A stretch of DNA of 24,000 nucleotides, from positions 1 to 24,000 of the forward strand of contig JBBAAD010000001.1 in the NCBI GenBank assembly GCA_041658505.1, in the 5' to 3' direction. Each line of letters starts with the position of its first letter. Positions within the stretch are counted from its first letter, which is position 1. Positions 7,578-14,269 of the stretch are shown piece after piece. This stretch comes from a bacterium. GTDB lineage: Bacteria > Desulfobacterota > Deferrimicrobia > Deferrimicrobiales > Deferrimicrobiaceae. Made by a program: the position numbers and the translations under genes. The notes beneath the pieces were generated by a model. It ran no database searches. It was given only the letters and a program-made list of their open reading frames with translations, and was not told the origin of the DNA.

Positions 7578-8678
7578 CTACATCGTCCGGACGGAAACCT
7601 GGAGGGGCCAGAGATACGTCCCGGGACGGGCGTCCCAAGCCAGGGAGAACCGGTAACTCAACTCCGCCGTGACCGGCGCGGGGGCGTACGGGTGCGGGAC
7701 GAAACCGCCTCCCGGCCCGATCTCCACGTCCCGTCCCAACCCCCGGACGGAGACCCTGCCGAACGGACCGTCGGGGCCTGCGACTCCCTCGAAGACGAGG
7801 AGGCATCCCTCCCGGCTGTTGTTCCGGACCTCGATGCGGGAGGCCGCGGGAGCGTCGACGTACCCGCGCGCGACGTCCTCCGGGGTCACGACCAGCGTCC
7901 GCTTCTGGTGAAGGACCCGCAGCGTGGCCCGCGACGGAACCGTGGCCGTCACCTGGATCCGCGCGGTTCCCGCCGCCGGCGGACCGCTCGCCCCTCCGAC
8001 CTCCTGCGCTCCGGCGACCTCCGCAAGCGAGAGCACGGCGACGAGGGCGGCGGTGACCAGCATCTCCTGGAGGCGGAGACCGCGGTCGAGGTGGTGGGGC
8101 TCGACCGCCCCGCTTTCCACCAGCAGTTCGCCGATGTTCTTCTTCGTCAGCTTCTGGCGAGAGAGGACATCTTCCAGCTGCTCCCGCGTGATCCGTCCGG
8201 TGGCGACCAGGATCTCCCCGAGGCGGAACCGGACCGACGAGGGGGCCTCCCCGGCCTGGCACTTCTGGAACGCGAGGACGGCGTCGAGCTGGCCCCGGGT
8301 CAGCACGCCGCGCCGGACGAGAATCTCCCCGAGCTTCTCGCCGGTCCGGCGCTGCTCCGAAAGCGCCTCTTCCAGCTGTGCCGGGGTGACTTTCCGAGCC
8401 TTCAGGAGCAGCTCCCCGAGGTACTGGCGGACCCCCGCCGCCGACCGGACGGCGTCTTCGAGGGAGGCGAGGTCGCTCTGGATGGAGACCACGGCGGCGA
8501 TCTCCGCCGGGTCCGCCGCCTTCATGCGGATCAGCACCTCGCCCAGCATCTCGTTGGTCCGGTTCTGCTCATCGAGCGCCCGAGCCAGATTCCCGGGGGA
8601 GACGAAACCCCCATCCACCAGCACCTGGCCGAGCAGCCGCTTCGCCGGGCGACCCGGCGGCACGTTGTCCCTTCGCAT
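7578..8678 (-). CDS. membrane protein with three tandem MshEN/T2SSE_N-like units, one TM helix and a periplasmic beta-rich (pilin-like) domain
   Basis: The 366-aa product starts at an ATG preceded by GAGGGGA (4-nt spacing). It has no signal peptide and no Walker A. Three 53-aa units lie at aa 15-67, 86-138 and 152-204. A hydrophobic segment spans about aa 206-224 and a C-terminal domain spans aa 225-366. It is on the same strand as the pilus genes and embedded among them. Confidence 0.8.
   Translation of the reverse strand: MRRDNVPPGRPAKRLLGQVLVDGGFVSPGNLARALDEQNRTNEMLGEVLIRMKAADPAEIAAVVSIQSDLASLEDAVRSAAGVRQYLGELLLKARKVTPAQLEEALSEQRRTGEKLGEILVRRGVLTRGQLDAVLAFQKCQAGEAPSSVRFRLGEILVATGRITREQLEDVLSRQKLTKKNIGELLVESGAVEPHHLDRGLRLQEMLVTAALVAVLSLAEVAGAQEVGGASGPPAAGTARIQVTATVPSRATLRVLHQKRTLVVTPEDVARGYVDAPAASRIEVRNNSREGCLLVFEGVAGPDGPFGRVSVRGLGRDVEIGPGGGFVPHPYAPAPVTAELSYRFSLAWDARPGTYLWPLQVSVRTM
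8067..8636 (-). repeat. three tandem 53-codon MshEN-like coding repeats within the 7578-8678 gene
   Basis: The units map to 8636-8478, 8423-8265 and 8225-8067. Each is a 24-aa half-motif, a 5-aa spacer (NRTNE, RRTGE, KLTKK), then a 24-aa half-motif ending in Q. The best match is RLGEILVATGRITREQLEDVLSRQ. Confidence 0.7.
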
Positions 8679-8770
8679 CCGTCCCCTCGCGCGAGCGGAA
8701 TCTTCCCGCCCTTGACGCTTCTATCGGCCGCGCAGGCGGAAATGTTCAGTAACCGTTTGGGAGAGGAGAG

Positions 8771-8787
8771 TCCCCCGGATCGGGGGA
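8771..8787 (-). promoter_or_regulatory. GC-rich intercistronic hairpin downstream of the pilin genes
   Basis: TCCCCCG-GAT-CGGGGGA is a 7-bp stem lying 15 nt 3' of the stop of pilin gene 8802-9356. No U-tract follows it on the minus strand. Confidence 0.4.
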
Positions 8788-8801
8788 AGGAGTCGCTTTG
8801 G

Positions 8802-9356
8802 TCACGGAAGGATCGAAACGATCACCGAATCCGTGTAGGCCCCGGCCATCGATCCGCGGAAATCCACCCAGCGGACGGTCCCCGAGATGGTGAGGGTGCC
8901 GGGGGCGTTTTTCGGGATGGTGCCGGAGGCGGGGCTCAGGAGAAGAGAGTACGGGAGGAACTCCGGCGCGGCGGCGTGGCGCATCCGGCGGGCGCCGGGG
9001 CCGGACGGGTTCTGTCCGTTATCGTCCGTGAAGAGGAACGCGGCGACCGGCGCGCTTCCCCGGCAGACGAAGTCGACGGAGGCCGTCGCGTTCACGTCGG
9101 CCGCGACGGCCGGGTCGAGGGCGCCGAAATTCAGCGTCGAGGTCTTCGTGTCGAACTTGCAATTGCTCTTCGAGAGCACCGTCGCGGTGACGGCAAGCGT
9201 ACCCGTATCTCCGAAAGCCGCCGTGCCGGCCCACGCAAGCAATGAAAGTACGACAAGCACAACGGCAAGAACCGGCGTCGATCCCTTGCCGGCGCCGGAA
9301 CGGCGCGGGGCGGCCGGTTGGCCGCCCCGCGTCGCAGATGATTCCCCGCGGGACAT
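8802..9356 (-). CDS. SCPU-domain pilus subunit (second pilin)
   Basis: The 184-aa product has a long charged N-region followed by a hydrophobic signal segment. The mature part is DTGTLAVTATVLSKSNCKFDTKTSTLNFGALD...FVCRGS...GAYTDSVIVSILP, which shows the SCPU pattern plus a donor strand. No clear SD precedes the ATG at 9356. Confidence 0.82.
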   Translation of the reverse strand: MSRGESSATRGGQPAAPRRSGAGKGSTPVLAVVLVVLSLLAWAGTAAFGDTGTLAVTATVLSKSNCKFDTKTSTLNFGALDPAVAADVNATASVDFVCRGSAPVAAFLFTDDNGQNPSGPGARRMRHAAAPEFLPYSLLLSPASGTIPKNAPGTLTISGTVRWVDFRGSMAGAYTDSVIVSILP

Positions 9357-9371
9357 CCAGGGCGTGCGTTG

Positions 9372-9836
9372 TTATGGAGTGATCGAAAGCGTGACGGTGT
9401 CCGAGTAACTTCCTGCGGCCTTCGAGGTGTAATCGGCCGCCAGGACGGAGCCCGCGATGTTCAGCGTGCGGGGCGAGGCAGGGCCTGCGTTGGCGCCAGC
9501 TACGGGCGTGAGGGTCAGCGAATAGGGGATAAGATCCGTACTGACGCTGTCCCTCATTTGCCGTATCGCCCCGGCGGGATTCAGACCCACGTTCGCGGTA
9601 ATGAGATCCGTGGTCACACCCTTCGTGCACCAGAACTGGGTGCTGGTGGAACCGTTGACGGCCACCGGATTCGAGGGATCCAGCGCGCCGAAGTCCAAGG
9701 TGGAAGTCGCGGTGGAGAACTTGCACGTCCCAAGCACGCTCGCCTGCACGGTCAAGGTGTTGGTGTCGCTGGCCCACGCCGCGCCGCCCGCGGCGAGCAC
9801 CGCGAGCGCGATGAAAACCGAAATGCTTTTCCTCAT
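9372..9836 (-). CDS. SCPU-domain major pilin candidate (CsuA/B-like)
   Basis: The ATG at 9836 lies inside track ORF 9372..10301 and is preceded by GGGGGAAG. The product begins MRKSISVFIALAVLAAGGAAWA|SDTNTLTVQASVLGTCKFSTATSTLDFGALD...FWCTKG...GSYSDTVTLSITP. It is the first gene of the operon. Confidence 0.88.
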   Translation of the reverse strand: MRKSISVFIALAVLAAGGAAWASDTNTLTVQASVLGTCKFSTATSTLDFGALDPSNPVAVNGSTSTQFWCTKGVTTDLITANVGLNPAGAIRQMRDSVSTDLIPYSLTLTPVAGANAGPASPRTLNIAGSVLAADYTSKAAGSYSDTVTLSITP

Positions 9837-9875
9837 GACTTCCCCCGTTTCTTTTCCCGGCCGATGCCGGATTTT

Positions 9876-9881
9876 ATTATA
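9876..9881 (-). promoter_or_regulatory. candidate -10 box (TATAAT) of the pilus operon promoter
   Basis: A perfect TATAAT on the minus strand lies about 40 nt upstream of the first pilin ATG. An A/T-rich tract (TTAAAGTTTTTTT) lies upstream, but there is no convincing -35 box. Confidence 0.3.
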
Positions 9882-10012
9882 TCCACCACCCGTTTCGGTC
9901 GGTTCCGAAAAAAACTTTAAGGAAAAATTCAGGCAAGAAACCGTTTGTCCGGCACACGCGGTTGTCATAGGCTGAAATCGCACGCGTCGGACCGCGACGC
10001 AGCGGGGACACC

Positions 10013-12555
10013 ATGGGCGACTGGCACCGGCGGGAGATCGCGGACGTCGTTCGGGAGCTTCGGACCGACCCCGGGTCCGGGCTGACCGGCGCCGAGGCCG
10101 CGTCCCGCCTTCGCGCGAGCGGCCCCAACGAACTCCCCGAAGGCCCCCCCTTCGCCCCGGACGCATCTTTCTCTCCCAGTTCGCTTCCACGATGGTGGCG
10201 GTCCTCCTTGCGGCGGCCGTCGTCTCCGCGCTGCTGGGCGACCTCTTGGACACCGTCGCGATCGTCGCCATCGTCCTCCTGAACGCGCTGCTCGGCTTCA
10301 CCCAGGAGTACCGCGCGGAAAAGGCGATGGCGGCGCTGTCGCGCCTTGCCGCCCCCGTGGAGAAATCCCCCGATCCGCTTCCCGATCCCGACCTGCCCGT
10401 CGGCGACCGGCGGAACTCCCTTTACCTCGGCACCACCGTCGTCCACGGGCGGGCCATGGCCGTGGCGACCGGCACCGGCCGGGACACCGAGCTGGGACGG
10501 ATCGCGCGGATGCTCTCCGAGGTGCGCCGCGAGGCGACGCCGCTCCAGCGCCGGATGGCCGATCTCGGCAGGAACCTGGCGCTGCTCGCGCTCGCGATCG
10601 TCGCCCTCATCTTCGGAATGGGGCTGTTGCGGGGAGAGGACCCCGTGCTGCTGTTTCTCACCGCCGTGAGCCTCGCGGTCGCCGCGATCCCGGAGGGGCT
10701 GCCGGCCGTGGTGACGGTCACCCTGGCCCTCGGTTCGCAGCGGATGCTGGCGCGCCGCGCCCTGATCCGGAAGCTCCCGGCCGTGGAGACGCTCGGCTCG
10801 GTCACCGTCATCTGCTCGGACAAGACGGGAACGCTCACCCGGAACCGGATGGACGTCTCGGAGATCCTCTCGGCGGGGAGGCGGATCGTCTTCACCGCGG
10901 ACGCCCCCGCGCCGGAATTGCCGTCCCCCCATGTCCTCCTCGCGGCGGCGTGCGCCCTCTGCAACGACGCGGTCCCCCCGGCGGCGGGCGGATCGACCCC
11001 GCTGGGGGATCCCACGGAGATCGCCCTCCTTGCCGCCGCCGCGGGGGCGGGGCTTTCGAAGGAAGCGCTGGAGCGGTCCTTCCCTCGCGTCGCGGAAGTT
11101 CCCTTCACCTCCGAGCGGAAACGGATGACCACCGCGCACGCCGTGTCCGCGGGCGGGATCCCCCTGGCCGACGTATCGGACCCGGGCCTCTCCGCCGTTT
11201 TCCCGAACGTCGCCGGCGCCGCCGGGTTCGTCGTGACGAAGGGGGCCGCGGACATGCTGCTCCCGCTATGCGTCGCGGAGTGGACGGAACGCGGCGTCCT
11301 GCCCCTCGCCCCTGCCGGCCGGGAGCGGATCCTCGCGGAGAACGCGGCGATGGCGGGGCGCGGCCTGCGGGTGCTCGGCGTCGCCTTCCGGACATTGGCG
11401 AACGCCCCCGCGGGAGTGCCCGCGGGCGAACTGGAGGAGGGCCTCGCCTTCCTCGGGCTGGTGGGGATGATCGACCCGCCGCGTCCCGAGGCGGAACAGG
11501 CGGTGCGGACGTGCCGCGCCTCCGGGATCCGCCCGATGATGATCACGGGGGACCACCCGCGGACCGCCCTCGCCGTGGCGCGATCGCTGGGGATCGGGGG
11601 AGACGACACGGTGGTCACCGGGGCGGAGCTCTCCCGGATGACCCCCGGCGAAATCGCGGCCGTCGTTCGGCAAACCGACGTCTACGCCCGCGTCTCCCCG
11701 GGGCACAAGCTCGCCATCGTGTCGGCGCTCCAGGAGGACGGGCACGTCGTCGCGATGACCGGGGACGGAGTGAACGACGCCCCCGCGCTGCGCAAGGCCG
11801 ACATCGGCGTCGCCATGGGAGACAGCGGGACCGACGTGGCGCGGGAGGCGGCGGACATGATCCTCACCGACGACAACTTCGCCACCATCGTCGCCGCCGT
11901 CGGGGAAGGCCGGGTCATCTACGACAACGTGCGCAAGTTCATCCTCTACATCCTCGCCAGCAACGTCGGGGAGATCCTCGTGATGTTGCTGGGCCCCCTT
12001 CTCGGGATGCCGCTGCCGCTTCTCCCGCTGCAGATCCTCTGGATCAACCTGCTCACCGACGGGTTGCCGGCGCTGGCGCTTGGGGTGGAGCCGGCGGAGG
12101 GCGACGCGATGCGCCGCCCGCCGCGCTCTCCGTCGGAGGGCGTGCTGACCCGTGGAGCGTGGGCGTACGTGCTCGGGGTCGGCGCGCTGCTCGGGATCTT
12201 GTGCCTCGCGGTGGCGCTCCCCCTGTACCGGGCGGGGGACCCGTCGTGGCGGACCGCCCTCTTCACCGCCCTCACGCTCGCCCAGATGGCGCATGTCCTC
12301 GCGATCCGCTCCAGGCGGGAGACGCTCTTCCGCCGCGGCATCTTCACGAACCTCCCGCTTCTCCTCGCCGTGGCCGGCACCGTGCTCCTGCAGCTGGCGG
12401 TGGTGTACGCCCCCCCGCTGCAGGGGATCTTCCGCACCGTCCCCCTTCTCCCGGGTACGCTTGCGCTGTGCGCCGCCGCGAGCACCGCGCTCTTCTTCGC
12501 GCTCGAGGGAGGAAAATATGTCGTCGGTCTTGCCCGCGGACGTTCGCGCGAATAG
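10013..12555 (+). pseudogene. P2-type cation-transporting P-type ATPase, frameshifted at a C7 run and lacking the TGES actuator segment
   Basis: A Cation_ATPase_N-like start (LTGAEAASRLRASGPNELPEG) reads in one frame from 10013, and the remainder reads in another frame to 12555. The motifs [41 protein letters not shown] and MTGDGVNDAPALRKADIGVAMG are all present. No TGES motif is present. Pseudogene status depends on the homopolymer length being correct. Confidence 0.6.
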
Positions 12556-12600
12556 AATGGGAGCTTCATCCGCCGTGCGCGCGGGCAACTTTTACGAACG

Positions 12601-13170
12601 ATGGAAAGGTGTTCCCCGATGAAGATCGACCCGCACGTGTTCCACGCGAAGTTCCCCCACCACTGTGCGCTCGACCGGTGCAAGAGCCGGTGCTGCCGGC
12701 ACGGCGTCTGGGCCGACATCGAGGAGCGGGAGGTGATCCTGCGGAACGCGGACCTGTTCCTCCCCTACGTCCGGCCGGAGGCGAGGAATCCTTCCCTCTG
12801 GTTCGGCGAGACGGCGGAGGATCCCGATTGCCCGAGCGGCACGGCGGTCGAAACCAACGTGATCGGCGATTCCTGCGCATTCTTCCACCCGGACCACGGC
12901 TGCTCCCTGCAGAAGGCGGCGATCGACCGGGGGCGGCACGAGTGGGAGTTCAAACCGCGCTTCTGCATCATGTTCCCGCTGGTGGTCTCGGAGGGGGTGC
13001 TGACGGTCGACGAGGAGATGGACGAGGTGTGGTGCCTGATGGACGAGAACCGGACCCACCCGATCCTCGAATCGGTGGAGAAGGAAGTGGACCACCTCTT
13101 CCCCGAAGAGGTCGCGCGAAAACTCAACAACGGGAACGGCGCCCGGGGAAAGAAATCTTCCGCGGCGTAA
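12601..13170 (+). CDS. Cys-rich DUF3109 / YkgJ-like putative metal-cluster protein
   Basis: The pattern FxCxLxxCKxxCC near the N-terminus (HHCALDRCKSRCCRHG), then CAFF..HGCSLQ and KPRFCIMFPL, matches my memory of DUF3109. The more likely start is the ATG at 12619 (MKIDPHVF), with GGAAAGG 9 nt upstream. Confidence 0.6.
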   Translation: MERCSPMKIDPHVFHAKFPHHCALDRCKSRCCRHGVWADIEEREVILRNADLFLPYVRPEARNPSLWFGETAEDPDCPSGTAVETNVIGDSCAFFHPDHGCSLQKAAIDRGRHEWEFKPRFCIMFPLVVSEGVLTVDEEMDEVWCLMDENRTHPILESVEKEVDHLFPEEVARKLNNGNGARGKKSSAA

Positions 13171-13223
13171 TCCTCCCCGGCTTCAACCCCCTCCAGTTCG
13201 CGATCACGGAAAACTCCCGGCCT

Positions 13224-13247
13224 GATCCGCGTTCCGATCCGCGTTCC
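13224..13247. repeat. tandem direct repeat GATCCGCGTTCC x2
   Basis: Two exact, directly adjacent 12-bp copies lie in the 220-bp intergenic region upstream of the AraC/MGMT gene. Confidence 0.8.
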
Positions 13248-13260
13248 TCACGGACGTTCG

Positions 13261-13276
13261 TGTCCCGAATGGGACA
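13261..13276. promoter_or_regulatory. perfect palindrome TGTCCC-GAAT-GGGACA (operator or hairpin candidate)
   Basis: The 6-bp arms and 4-nt centre lie 115 nt upstream of the ATG at 13391 and 91 nt downstream of the stop of the preceding gene. No U-tract is present. Confidence 0.35.
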
Positions 13277-13390
13277 GGATCGCCGGAGGGATCCGGACGA
13301 TTCCTGCGGTACAGCAAGAATCGGGTTGAGGACCCTTGCGGCCGGTGTCATCGTGTACATCGGGAGCGCGGAAAGGATTGGAGGGCGAGC

Positions 13391-14227
13391 ATGTATCCGA
13401 CGGATTACACGCGGATCGAAAAAGCGATCCTTTATATCGAAGGGAATTTTCGCGGGCAGCCCGGTCTCAAGGAAGTGGCCCGGAAAGCGGGTCTGAGCGA
13501 GTACCATTTCCATCGCCTTTTCACGAGGTGGGCGGGGATCAGCCCGAAACGGTTCCTCCAGTTCCTCACGGCGGAGTACGCCCGGGGATTGCTGAGGGAA
13601 TCGCGGAACGTGCTCGAAGCCGCCTATGAGGCCGGGCTGTCCGGGCCCGGACGCCTCCACGACCTCATCGTGAATGTCTACGCGGTCACTCCGGGGGAGC
13701 TGAAGGAGGAGGGGGCGGGGCTCACGATCCGGTACGGAGTGCACCCGAGCCCCTTCGGCGACTGCCTGTTGGCGATCACCGATAAGGGAATCTGCGCGCT
13801 GGCGTTCCTGCCCGGCCGGCGCGCCGGGGAAGCGGTGGAGGAACTTCGGACACGGTGGGGGAACGCGAATCTCGTCCTGAACCCCGGGGCCACAAAAGCC
13901 GTGGCGGAGCGGATCTTCGTCCCCTCGCGGTGGGGGGGCACCCCCCCGCTGAACGTGATCGTCAAGGGAACCAATTTCCAGGTCAAGGTGTGGGAGGCCC
14001 TCGTCCGCATCCCGCCGGGCTGCGCCGCCTCCTACGAGGAGATCGCCGGCCGGATCGACGCTCCCGGGGCCGTGCGCGCCGTCGGAAACGCTCTGGCCCG
14101 GAACCCCGTGGCGTTCCTCATCCCCTGCCATCGGGTCATCCGCAAGACGGGCGCCTTCGGGGAATATCGGTGGGGCCCGGCCCGGAAGAAAGCGATCCTG
14201 GCCTGGGAGGCGGCGACGTTCCGATGA
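13391..14227 (+). CDS. AraC-type HTH domain fused to methylated-DNA--protein-cysteine S-methyltransferase (Ada-like, without the N-terminal Zn domain)
   Basis: The N-terminal AraC HTH is recognisable (LKEVARKAGLSEYHFHRLFTRWAGISPKRFLQ). The C-terminal MGMT domain has the active site IPCHRVI, plus NFQVKVWEAL and YEEIA. GGAGGG lies 6 nt upstream of the start. Confidence 0.9.
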   Translation: MYPTDYTRIEKAILYIEGNFRGQPGLKEVARKAGLSEYHFHRLFTRWAGISPKRFLQFLTAEYARGLLRESRNVLEAAYEAGLSGPGRLHDLIVNVYAVTPGELKEEGAGLTIRYGVHPSPFGDCLLAITDKGICALAFLPGRRAGEAVEELRTRWGNANLVLNPGATKAVAERIFVPSRWGGTPPLNVIVKGTNFQVKVWEALVRIPPGCAASYEEIAGRIDAPGAVRAVGNALARNPVAFLIPCHRVIRKTGAFGEYRWGPARKKAILAWEAATFR

Positions 14228-14269
14228 TCCACGGATCGGCGCGTTTCCATGCGGCCATCCCGGACGCGG

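Noticed and set aside
4292-7672. Long plus-strand ORFs (4292..5689, 5699..7672, 6973..7656) across the usher and chaperone genes.
   Set aside because: They are antisense to well-supported usher and chaperone genes and have low-complexity composition.
6745-8262. The full 505-aa extent of the ORF containing the chaperone.
   Set aside because: The upstream 245 codons overlap the MshEN-like gene in another frame and are R/G/P-rich. The signal peptide and PapD-like sequence begin at the ATG at 7527.
7578-8678. Interpretation as a GspE/PilB/MshE secretion ATPase, because of the T2SSE_N-like repeats.
   Set aside because: There is no Walker A/B or any ATPase domain. The repeats are followed by a TM helix and a beta-rich domain instead. 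No other T2SS or T4P genes are in the window.
3925-9836. Calling the pilus operon a horizontally acquired genomic island.
   Set aside because: There is no integrase, transposase, tRNA or flanking direct repeat. The composition looks the same as the surrounding genes by eye. This cannot be assessed without computation or comparative genomes.
9900-10012. A metal riboswitch (M-box or yybP-ykoY type) in the leader of the P-type ATPase.
   Set aside because: Only a small GCGTCG-GACCG-CGACGC hairpin (9984-10000) is visible. None of the conserved riboswitch cores I remember are present, and the leader is too short.
13224-13247. A CRISPR-like or minisatellite array.
   Set aside because: There are only two adjacent 12-bp copies, no spacers, and no cas genes.
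10950-13496. An 848-aa plus-strand ORF in an alternative frame across the ATPase, DUF3109 and intergenic DNA. Also the minus-strand ORFs 9877..11139, 10422..11618 and 11266..12588.
   Set aside because: They are off-frame or antisense artefacts. The ORF even reads through a non-coding spacer, and the P-type ATPase motifs are all in the other frame.
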